From Camelus ferus (taxonomy: Eukaryota), in contig NC_045697.1 in the NCBI RefSeq assembly GCF_009834535.1, forward strand, positions 52,144,001 to 52,208,000: a DNA stretch of 64,000 nt. Reading direction: 5' to 3'. Below are positions 39,698 to 51,020 of this stretch, piece after piece; position 1 is the stretch's first letter, and each line of letters begins with the position of its first letter. The position numbers and the translations under genes were made by a program. The notes below the pieces were generated by a model, which did not search any database, was not told the origin of the DNA, and saw only the letters and a list, made by a program, of their open reading frames with translations.

Positions 39698-41622
39698 GTA
39701 AGGGGCTTGTTCTGGCTGTTTCCTCCAAATTTATCAATAATAGCAGCCCAGTACTGTGATTTGAAGCATAGCTGAAGACTTAAGATGTGTTTAGTGAGCA
39801 ATAAAAATAGGTGCAGTTAAGAGTTTTAAAGAATAGTCAACCTAGTATCTGTGTAAGAAAAAACTGAGTTCTTTTTGGAGGAAAATTGTCATGTGTATCA
39901 GCTGAGAGGTCAATTAGAATACAGCCACAAAATTATAAATTACCAGAGCCACAGGGACTTGATTCAAAAAAGATAAAATTTAAATTATCTCATATTCAAT
40001 CAACATTTTTGCCATAAAGCTATCTGTAGATGTCACTATACAGAATTGAGAAATAGAACTACTGGAAAATGTTATCTAACTTCGTGGCATATTATCGGAC
40101 AAGATAACTCAAACTTTCAATCAAGTAGAGTATCACCCATCACTAGTATGTATTCTCCATAAACTGGAAATAGAAATGTTAGTAAAGTTGTACAATAGTC
40201 ATTTTTCTCAAATCAAAGAAGAAAGCATTTTTTTATAAATAGGTGTTTAACACTAAAATAATAGATCATAATAATGAAAAGTTTTACAGGCTTCCTGGAA
40301 AACATCTCTGTTGAGAAGACCCATGTCATTCCCAACTTCATTAACTAAATTTCTTAGATCCATTTCAAATCGTCTTGAACAACATAGGTCAGGTAAGCAC
40401 AAACAGACCTCCACAAAAAGACTTTTCTAAAGAATCCCTAAGGTAGGAAACTTTCTTCAGTGACCCTCATGAAGCCTACCTTATCAAAGCTCTAAATGAA
40501 AAATACTGTGAAAGACTTAAGTTCAGAATGGTTATTTCCCAGTGACCAGGAAATCCTATAGTTAACAGATTATGGAGGTAGAATAGAATCATGTTAAACA
40601 GATACTGCAAGATCAAGTTCTCTGCCAACAACTTTGAACTCCCGGACTGACTGGAACAACTGAGTGACAATTTATATCATCTTAATAAACACACAAAAAA
40701 TCTACTGACACTGTGGGTTGTGAAATTTTAGAGGATTGAGACTACTGAGTCCAGGTATTTGAAATCCCACACACACCCTTTTTCTCCCTGTCCTCTGGGT
40801 TCCTCCTGGTTTAACTTCTCCCCCTCCCAGCTGGGATGGACTCGTTTCAATCATGTTTTTACAAGCGAGTTAGTCCCCCTCACCCTCTTGTCCTTACCCA
40901 GCGTCCACCTTACTAGTCCCATCTCTAAATCTGGGTCTCCATCACCTCCCTTTGCCCACACCACCGGGTTGGCAAATTTCTTGGAGAACGTCATAAAACC
41001 AGGCTGAGCTATCTGTTATGAGGGTAGAGAGTTACCAAGCTCATAGACCACTCGAACTGGGAGAGAATCAACAGAATGCAAATCCAAGCACTATCTTGGA
41101 ACTGAGGTGGAGAATTAGATAATAGTAGAGCCAAAAACAGGAGCCAAAGCTTCTGACCTTGTTTGTGTTTTCCAGCATAGCTAGTTGAGAAGTAGGCTGA
41201 AACTGACAGGGAAATTGCCTAAAATATGAGAGAAGAGAACATGCATTAAGGTGACAAAGCCCTATACAGGAAATACTCTTTGAGGAGTTTGAAATCTAGA
41301 ACTGGAGAGAAAATGAAAGTCAGGGAGGAGAGAAGAGGAAGTCATCCACGTTGATGGCTGTAATGGAGCGAATGAAGGGGGAAAGGCTGGAATTCAAATT
41401 CAGCAGCAGTTTGTACGTTTACTTTCATCATCTAAAGAGACAGATTTCACTTTCTAAGCTTGAATTGAGGCACTAAAAACCATGTCACTGATGGAAAATT
41501 TTCTTAAGGGCAATTTTTATTTTGATTTTTTTGTTGTAAAAAACCTGAAGTGGCTGTCACTTTGCACTAGACATGTTTATCAAATACATCCAGTAAAACC
41601 CTATGTAAAATTGGCCTTTCAG

Positions 41623-41755
41623 ACTGGCAGAGCGATTAAGAGGAAAACTGCCTGATGCCACAGCCATGGAACTCAAAGAGCTGGTTGACAAGCGCTCAGA
41701 CTTTGCCTCCAAGTGCTGTTCCATCAACTCACCTCCTCTCTACTGTGATTCAGAG
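41623..41755 (+). CDS. GC: GC exon 11 (LAERLRGKLPDATAMELKELVDKRSDFASKCCSINSPPLYCDSE)
   Basis: Acceptor cctttcag|, donor |gtaagc; 133 nt. Confidence 0.98.
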
Positions 41756-44514
41756 GTAAGCAGATTTAACCCTCTGCCGATGACCGCATAGTATTGAGAA
41801 CTTATACAGTCAGATTTACTCATTTCTTTGTTACTGAACTAAATGCCTGTTCCATCCCATGGGCCAGTTTCATTGGCCTTTCCAGATGCAGTATGCATTT
41901 TGTCCACAGGCTTCACCTGCCCCATTAGACTCCAGCAGTCATTTCATCTATTTAAAAGAGTCAAAAATGATAAGGACCACACTTCATTTCCCTTCATGGC
42001 TGATTTGGAGATATTAGTGACAATTCCAAGAACTCTGATGTCTCACACATTCTATTTCCAGAACATGGAGACTAGGTTAATCACATGTCTATGCCAAACC
42101 AAAACAGTTTCTTCCTTTGCTCATCTCTTTCTAAAGGGCATGATATTAAGGTGTATTCCTTTTTGACTGGATTTTACTATTGCTCATTTTGTCATATGTT
42201 GGGAAAGAAGCATTTATGATCCATTTTTGACCCATCATTTTTATGTCTCTATAAAAATAATTCAGTTACAGTGTTAAAGTTGATACTGCCTACCTGGTGA
42301 TTTAATGCCAATTAGAAGTTCTTTTCAATAAGGTAAAGGACTTTTTTTCAAGAATTTATATAATTTTTTGTCCAGTTACCCATAAAAGCAACAAAGCCTG
42401 GTTTCATATTATCATTTGATTATTTTTATATTCTATTTCTAGTATTATTCTATTAGAGCCCACTTGAAAATATCCAAGAACTTAATAAAAATCACAAGAG
42501 TTTGCACTGGTAGAAACCATAAAGGTCACTTAGTGTAATTTTTCACTCAGTTAAGTCCTTCCAAAGGTCAGTCAGCCCCCATTTAAATACCTATAGTCAA
42601 TTTATTTTCTCCCAGAGGAAGCCCCTTTCACTGCCCTGCTGGATGCCTGCACTTGGGAGCACATTTTTCTGTAAATTGTATCATGATATTCCCCTCATAG
42701 TTTCTACTGAGTCTAGCCTGGCTTTCTTTAACCAACCAGAAAATGTCTTTTCTCTGTTCTCAATAGAGGCTCTTTTATATGTGAAGTGGTTTTTTTAAAA
42801 GTTAGGTGTGAAGACTTGTTTGTGTGTCATGCACACCAATTCTCTTAACATTTTAGTGAAGTTTTGTTTTGTTTTTTTTTTTTACCATCTAGTAACTAAC
42901 AAAGTCTTAAATCAGTCGAACACATTGAGCTACTTCATTTGGCTTGTTTTTCTTCTTTATACCCTTGGAGATTCTGATTTCTCCTCCAATTTCTACATAT
43001 ATACCCCAGTCCCAGACTTAGTTGCCAATCTTGTTTGTAACAATTTGTAAAGTCAGAATTCCAGATGAAAAGAGTCCAGTAGAATAAAAGCTTATTCTTT
43101 AAATTCTGCTGGGAAATAGATCATGTTCCTTTTTCACTAAAATTCAAAACAAGATTCTAAACAAAGAATGGAAAGACTTGGATTGTTAGGATAAATTGGT
43201 CATTATCGGGCATTAAAACGTTTGCCTAAAGCAACTAAACTAAGCAGCTTCTTCCTTTTCTTCCAGCTGGCTTTTGGTAATACAATAGCTGAATTTAGGT
43301 CGCTTTTCCCAGGAGAGGGGGAAAAATCACTTTACCTAGAAGGCATTTGCTACCAGCAGAATTTGCTCTGAGGGTCTCATTCAGTCATTAAGGGGGAAAA
43401 ATCCTAAATACTTTTTTACATTGTCAAAAATACCACTTTTGTAATCTGCCCCAGTCCTTTTATCTGTTCACCTACATACATACTTTCTTCTTTGACCTTT
43501 TGCAAGACAAACTGAGCTTTATGCATGAAAAAACATGCTTCCTTCAAGTGTCTTGCTTTTCATTTCCTTTATTTGCTTTTCAGTATATTTGTCATTATAA
43601 CATGCCATTTTCAAACTTTATTTTCAACAAGGATGAGAAGGCAGTTTTGTAATATTCTATTTTCTTGCTTTATAACCAGTAAATTTATAGCAGTGCTGCT
43701 CCTGAGCAGCCAAACTTTCAGTAATTGCTAAAGAGAGATGAATGGAGTTGAGATACCCATGAACACTGAATTATTTAGAGCCCTCAGAGGGTAGACCCTC
43801 TGCTGTTCTTTAGCCTTTTTGATCATCTTTCTGCATTAATCTCATAGTGAGGTAAGCGAGCTCACCTGTGCTTTCTGATTTCAGGTGAGAGCAAAATCTG
43901 TTAAAACAGCTTTCACTTTAATTCTCAATGCTTAGTGTAAATATTTGTTCCATTTACCCTATAATTTGGGTTATAATTTATTATTAAATCTCCTTGTCCT
44001 ATATTTGCTTGACAATTTTGTTCCATAAAAGTAATGCCCATCCACTGCATTCACCCTGAGTCATTTATATCCTGGAATCCCTCTGTCTGCCCTTCTTCAC
44101 AGACTTGGCACCGTTGCTAAAAGAGACACAGAAGGGTTCTCTGAACTGCACTAGATGAGTGTTCCTCATGTGGCAATCTACCCCAGCTATCCAAACCCTT
44201 ACCTTGAGATGACCAGGAAGTAGAACAATTAGTGTAATTTTCTTTTGACTTTCCCATGTCCCTCAGCACTGGTTCATTTTTTTTTTTTTTATTATTCCAA
44301 AGGGGCCCACTAACTGCAGAAAAACTTACAGTTGCAAAATTAGACTTTTTTTTTCCTCTCTATCATTCAGACAGGGCAGCCCTATTCATTCTTCTGAAAA
44401 CTCATCACTATGCTGTCCCTAAGACGTCGAACAGAGTGCTAGTGGGCATCAATTAGGATTTACCCAAACGTTTCAGAAAGCCACTGTTATATGCTGGAGT
44501 TGATGATTAAAATT

Positions 44515-44612
44515 TAAAAAACAGTATGTGTACATATGCTTGACTGGGGCATTGTGCTGTACACCAGGAAACTGACACACTGTAATTGACTATATTTTAA
44601 TTAAAAAAAACT
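44515..44612 (+). mobile_element. Very short L1 3' end
   Basis: tgtgctgtacaccaggaaactgacacactgtaattgactata followed by an A tail. Confidence 0.75.
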
Positions 44613-45259
44613 CAAAAACACTCAAATGCCAAGAGCCAAGAGAAGCAGGGCAAAGAGGAGATGGACTCTTCCTCCCTTTCCCCCTCCCCCTTCTCTCTCA
44701 TACTTAAGGAAAAAAACTTGGTTAGGTCTCCCAGTATAAGTAAATTTTATGATTCTCAATGTCATAGCTAGAATTTATTAAGCTATTACTACTTGTAAAG
44801 AATATTAATAGCCTTATATATATGTATTCATGAAATGGTTGAGAACAATTCTAAATGTTAGGTACCATTTTAATTCCCCTCTTGTGAGTGGCTTGAATGA
44901 AATGTGCAGGGGTTGTATGTTAGGAAAATCCTAAATCGATTTCATATGAGTCTGTTACTATCACTACATGTCATTGTCATAGACTTTGACTCTAATTTAG
45001 CTAATAATGATAAAAGCAAATTACTGATACCAGAAGACTGTAATTCTTGATTGAATATCCAAAATTGTTATTAAAATAGCAAAAATGATACCAGGTCAGT
45101 AGTATCAATCTGAACTCAATTCATCCCACTTCCTTGGAATCTTCCTTCATTAGTTATACTTTTTCTTTTAAATAGTTCTGTCTAATTTAAAGTTACTTAT
45201 CTCCTGATCTTAAGAAAATAAGGTACTTTAGACACTACTGCCTGGTTATTTTTCCTTCT

Positions 45260-46580
45260 CCTCACCTTACAGCCAAGATTCTTGAGAAAATAGTACATAA
45301 CTCATTCTTCACACCTCCTGTTAATTCCCCTACCCTTTGCAGTATGGCTTCAGATGGTACCAAACTACCAATGACAAAGTCACACTGAAATCTTCTTGCT
45401 AACACTAATAAACATTTTTCAGTCCTTATCTTACCAGCCTTCTCTATAAAACATTTGATACCCAAAATTCTTTCTCCTTGAAAGAATTTTTCAACATCTG
45501 TACTATCATAGTCTACCTTTTGTCCTTCTATGATTCTCTCCTTCTCCATTCTCTTTAATATTGTCTTCTTCTACCTATCCATTAAATTTCTACACTGTCC
45601 AGAGTTTTTTCCTTTGATCTTCACTTTCCAAGACATAACATTTTCCCCGAGTGTTCTCAAGAATCCACAGACATGCGTTTAATCTTCAAATCTCTACCTC
45701 CAGCCAGGATCTCTCCCCTCAGCACCAAGACTTGTATCCCATTATCCATGGGCTCTCTTGTCCCACAAGAAATTTGACCTCAACATGCCCAATGTTTTCC
45801 CCTTAAAACCTCCTGTTTTATTTCCTAAATTTATAAATGTCATCACCATTCACCTATTATCCCAAATGGAAGCAGTGATCTTTGATTTCTTCTTCTTTTC
45901 TATATACACTCAACTAAATTCCAAACCCTCTCAATTCTAACTCCTTTATCTCTATCAGCAGATATCTTCTTCTACATTGTCAGTAATTAAATTTAGGCAA
46001 TAGTTAACCTGGATTACAACCCAGTTGGTCTCCCATTTCCAGCTTTCCCAAATGCCTCACACCCAGTCCCATCTCTATCCTGTGGTCAAAATAACCTTTG
46101 TAAAGCACAAAATGGTTAATACATTCTAATTGGCCTCCACTGCTTCTAAATTGAAGTCCAATTTTTTTTTTTTTTTTAATCAGAAGAATTTGGACCCTGG
46201 GTTTGCTCTCCAACCTGATCATTACTTCTTGCTCTTACTGCTTTGGTTCTCCTGAACCACCCGCAGTTTTTCAAGTCTATTAACCTTGCTCTTACCTCAA
46301 GGCTTTTGCACATAATGACTCATCCCAGGTTGCCCTATTTGTGCTCTATAACCTGGCTAAACCTTTCATCAAGCTTCAGGATTCAATGTTGACATCACCT
46401 TGTCTGAGATTCCTTCCCTGGCACTCAACCCCATCTGTTATTCCTTAACATTCTGTGCACACCCAATAATTGGCACTTATTAACTTTGTCATTTTTTCCT
46501 TGTCTGTTTTTCCTGGACAACCATAAACTCAAGGGCAGGGACAGTATAAAACAATAAATGTGCAGGGTGGTCAATATAAA
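45260..46580 (+). mobile_element. Degenerate LINE-2 in intron 11
   Basis: Pyrimidine-rich L2 motifs (caaatctctacctccagccag, cctggattaca, aaactcaagggcagggac). Confidence 0.6.
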
Positions 46581-46713
46581 GTTCAATATGAGACTACATG
46601 TTGACAAGAAGCTTTTCCTCTAAGCAAGGTTCAAAAATTTTTTTATACCTTCTGCAGGATCTATTAGTCTACAAAGAAAATAGTTCATGATTTAAATAAC
46701 TTTTTCATTTCAG

Positions 46714-46740
46714 ATTGATGCTGAAATGAATACTCTATAG
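46714..46740 (+). CDS. GC: GC exon 12 coding part (IDAEMNTL*); exon continues as 3' UTR to 46765
   Basis: Acceptor tttttcatttcag|ATTGATGCTGAAATGAATACTCTATAG; donor TAG|gtaagt at 46766. Confidence 0.95.
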   Translation: MDAEMNTL

Positions 46741-47269
46741 TCCTGATGCATGTATATCGCCTTAGGTAAGTATAGTTTTTAAATGCAGCAAAGAATCTAG
46801 CTTTGTACAAAGTATTTTTTAAATCATAAATGGGAAGGAGGCTATTTGTTCAAATTATTCTATTATCTAGTCAAACTCATCTTAGAGATGAGAATATTAA
46901 GCATATGGAAAAGTCAAGGAGCTTACACAAGAATATACAGCCAATTTCTGACCTATTTAGGACTAGAATCCAGGTCCCCAGCCTGATACTATATCCGTCA
47001 TAACCTCACATCTAAGATAATGACAGTGCAGAGGACATTTCAGGGATTTTAATGCATTCAGTAGGGAAAAAAAAAACTGAGTTTAAAGACAAAGTCCATA
47101 AAGCCTTAAAGATAACATAGCAGGGTTCTCAGGAGAAAAGAGAATTAAAGCAACACTGTTGAAATATTATCACTTGCTTCTTTTTTACCCATGAAAAAAA
47201 TGCCTGATGTAGATATTGAGTATAAAATAATTTATACAGAATTTTATTGTTACTGTTTTTAATCTTTCA

Positions 47270-47416
47270 AAAAATTTTTGTTGCTTTATTACATTTTTGT
47301 GTGTTTTTTTAGGAGGAGGTAATCAGGTTTATTTTTTTAAGAGAGGTACTGGGGATTGAACCCAGGACCTCATACATGCTAAGCATGAGCTCTACCACTG
47401 AGCTATGCCCTCCCCC
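47270..47416 (-). mobile_element. Vic-1-type SINE (antisense) in intron 12
   Basis: ggggattgaacccaggacctc...ctctaccactgagctatgccctccccc is the reverse complement of the SINE head. Confidence 0.9.
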
Positions 47417-47984
47417 TAACTCTTCATATTCCTACAAAAATATTTTCTCTCCAGATTTAATTGTATTCATTTTAAAGATATTGCTTCTGAGATTTAAAAT
47501 ATGATTTAAAAAACCCACAATGGTTTTGGTTTATCTCAGATCTTAATTGAACTGAGGCTTTTCAATGATATAAAATTTTAATTTTACTGATGGCTTTTCC
47601 TAAAATGATATGAAAGCAAAAGCTATTGACTAATGAAATTCAAGCTTCCGACTATCAAATATTTGAAATCACTAGAAACAGTAAGAAGAAAATTAACATT
47701 ATTTTTCTGAGAGGCGGTACGATGGGGATGATCAAGGAAGCTCGATTTTGGAAATCACCCAGTCTGGATTAGTCTGCTCTCCTATCTGTCTTTGTAAACT
47801 TGAGCAAGTTATTTATACTCCCTAAAGCTCAGTTCCCTTTTCTGTAAGAAGAACATTGTAGTCTCTACCTGTCAGCACTGTCACAACAATCGGGTGAAAT
47901 GACGACATATATAAAATTGCTAGAGAATAGTAGCAGTAATACTAGCAAAGCTGTTCCCACCGCTGCTTATACCACTGATACAAC

Positions 47985-48424
47985 TGTCAACTGAAGAAAA
48001 ATATTCACCCTGAAAGTTGCAAGTTAGGTTTTACTTGGGGACTTACTAAGGACTATAGCTCTGAGGGACTGCTCCAAAGAGGAAAAGGAGGAGCCACAAT
48101 ATGAGTTTTTTGCTGAAAACAAGCATGTAGTTGAACATCAAAGCTTACTGCTAATCACAAAGAACAGACATCTCAAGTTAATGAATTTAGTACTTTTCTT
48201 TGTATGGGAAGATGCTAGAGTCTGAGCTCACTGAAATTATTCCTTAGATATGCATCTTAACTGTCTAGGGCCAAGAGCCAGGAACCAGAGCACCAAAAGT
48301 TTCCCGTTTTCCTCCCTCCTGAAATCCTCTCAGGGGGCACCATCAGGACAGATGCAGTGGCTGATGGCTGGAGGGCAGGCAACATTGTTGTTCACTGAAA
48401 TGGCAGCAACAGTCTTCCTCAACA
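47985..48424 (-). mobile_element. ERV1-class solo LTR (MER41-like by recall) in intron 12
   Basis: TG...CA termini (tgtcaactgaag ... ctcaaca); internal ggactatagctctgagggactgctccaaagagg. No clean target-site duplication. Confidence 0.65.
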
Positions 48425-50843
48425 ATCTGAATCTGAACTAAAACAAGTTTCCCTGACTATACATTCTTGTGCTTTGGCATATGAATATTATGTCCTAAGG
48501 AGAAAGTAAGTTCACTGAATAATTTTTGGAGAAAAAGGTTCCAAGCCACACCTGATACTAGTATGTCAATTACACTTCAATTAAGAACTGAAAATCCAAG
48601 TTATTTGAGTGTAAATATTCTAGAGTTAAAAAAATAGTATCCGGTCTTTGCTGCTAAACTAATTGTTTCCCCTCATTTAAATTAATCCAATCTCCCTTTA
48701 TTTTAGCCCACATGTCATCTCTATATACAGTTAAAATCCCAACACCCAACAGGTATCTCACCTCCCACCATTCAAGACATCTCTAGCTTTCATAAGAGTC
48801 AGGGTTTGGAAAGCTGTATAATAACTTCGTCTTTTAGTTTGTCTTTACTGGATTATGTTATTCTCTAGGAACTCAGTGTGTTTTCTTGGTATCTCATGTA
48901 CATTCATATTCTTTCAGTCTCTAGGAGCACAAATGCAAAAGAAAAGGAGAAGTAACACTAATTTGATGGATTAGAGTTTTTTTAACCTAACACCTTTCAG
49001 AAACACTTTTAATGCTGGCTAAGTCAACAGGTGAACAGTTTTTTCAGTGACAGACTAATGAGGATTCTAATACACTGATTCTTCTGGTTCTAGTCATTAA
49101 CTTCATCTTCTATGAAAGCTTTTTTTAGTATTTCTCTTATTAGTCAATATTCTTCTATGGCCTTTAACTAGTCCTTCAATTTCTGCATCACCCAATTATT
49201 TGGCCAAACACATTTTGATCAACTGGAAGGAAGCCCTAAAAATCACTCGCAAATTCCTTCCATTTGCTTCCACAATGTGTATGGACTTTTTTGAGCTCTA
49301 TTTACCCACTGCCTGTTTATTAGAATAACGATCTGCAATTATGAGGGTGGTTATACTAGGAACAGTTACGTCTGAAAGAGCAGATTTTACCTTGTTCACA
49401 AGGCTGTGGGACTGGGGCACTTGTTATCTAGACATAATGATGTCACAATCTAAATGTTCTCTTAGGTTTCCAGAGCACAGCCAGGAGACTTTGGTTCTTG
49501 GGTTGCAGAGAGAATTCTGTAGCTCTGTGAAGAACCCTGGATTCATTCAATTATCAGTAACATTGCCCCAAAACAGTCCCAGCTGGGAGCTGCTCTGAAC
49601 CCAGCATTTGACTTTGATTCCAAATAAATAGTGAACACTTGTGTCCCACCCCTCTTCCCAGTAGACCAGCCTTTTCTTCATATTTTAAATTGCTCTAAAA
49701 AAATTGCTCTAAATATACCCATTTTTTCCTATGAGTTTTCTTCCTATAACAGGTATATTCTAGATGACCGAAGTGGCATAATATTTTAGCATGAAACAGT
49801 TCCTCAAACTATTAAACTAACTTTGGCTGACTACATATTTCTTTTCAGTGAAGGCCTATCCCTCCTTGAAAGATTTGAAAACTTGTAGACACTGAAGCTT
49901 TTGTCTCAGGGTGTTCCCATACTTAGTTACACTTAACAATTCTTGTCTTCCACTCAACAGTTTGATACCATTTCACTCTTAATGCAAGTCTTTTTAGAAA
50001 TCTGAGTTGTCATCTTGACAGTTACTGGTCCCCCTGATCAATTTCTTCTAGCCCTGAAACTGACTGCGGCCACTTTTGCATGCCTCATTAGAGGAAACTA
50101 CTGTCTTAGTCAATCTCACAAAGCCAGTTACCTTTTTTTCCTTCAGTTTTGGAAATAGTGTTCCTTGGGTTGCCAGCAGAGAAGGCTGGCAGTTGGCTCA
50201 CATGGCAGAATCAGGTTAAACAGGAACTACTACCAGAATCACACTCAGCACAGCTAGGTACTCATACTATGAGAATGAGGAAAGCACCAACACATCCCCA
50301 TTTCCTCCTCACTCCAAGGAATAAACTCACTGAGGACAATGAAAGACAGGATTTCCTGCACTGTGCAAATAGAATTATGATACAATTCTGCTGTAGCATC
50401 TTGGAAAAGAAAATGAACGAGGGGAAGACACATATGCCTCATTACAAAGCAGAAGGTGATTTGATAAAATGTCTTCACTTGGTGTTTTACTAAAAGAACA
50501 ACTACTGAACTATGATCCAGTCCCATGACTGAGGAGCCTCATGTGCCATTGGTTGCTTTTTTTGCTCTGACAACGATTATTCATACTCATAGTTCATAAA
50601 GTTATATACACCATTACTTCAAAGAAAAAACTGTATGATGTACTGTGGCGTAACAGTGAGGGCCTGGGAATTTCTTAGATTTTATTCTGGACCCATCAGG
50701 TGGGCAACAGTGGATATACGGGTCTTACTAGACAGATTTATCTTTATACATAATAACCTGACTGTAGATGCATCTCTTGAGCACTACGATGATTATTGCC
50801 TGTTAGCTCTGTTTTTCTAACATTTTTCCCATTGTTCTCCCAG

Positions 50844-51020
50844 ACCTAGAGCTGGAACCCACCCCCCGGGAATGACATCTGATGGCCTAACCTAAGCCAA
50901 ACCAGAGCTCCTAGGGAGACAGCTAGGATACACCCTGCTTGTTATCAGCTACAATATCCTCGTACAATGATAAGTATGATGATTTGTTACCAAAATAAAT
51001 TGATACATGCAAACTATAAA
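50844..51020 (+). other. GC: GC exon 13 (non-coding 3' UTR)
   Basis: Pyrimidine tract plus ccag| at 50843. The sequence resembles the human GC 3' UTR as I recall it (CCTAACCTAAGC...CTAGGATAC...GCTACAATATC...AAGTATGATGATTTG). Confidence 0.9.
50994..50999 (+). terminator. Polyadenylation signal AATAAA of GC
   Basis: AATAAA at the end of exon 13, with TGTG-containing sequence about 35 nt downstream. Confidence 0.88.

Larger units (their letters stand above)
18735..51020 (+). other. GC: GC gene (vitamin D-binding protein), 13 exons, 473-aa precursor; transcript ends approximate
   Basis: Coding exon lengths 58,70,133,212,133,95,130,203,130,98,133,27 splice in frame with GT-AG introns. The protein runs MKRILVFLLAVACVRALERGRDYEKDKVC...YCDSEIDAEMNTL* with the albumin-family CC spacing. 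Confidence 0.98.

Noticed and set aside
41756..46713. Vestiges of the two albumin-family exons that GC lacks
   Set aside because: The few Cys-Cys-like codons (about 43694 and 43801) have no albumin-like context or proper phase, and the exon loss is ancient.
18796..46740. GC as a pseudogene or as having lost vitamin D binding
   Set aside because: The frame is intact, all splice sites are canonical, all 28 mature cysteines are present, and recalled pocket residues (precursor F40, Y48, F52, S92, S95, M123) are retained.
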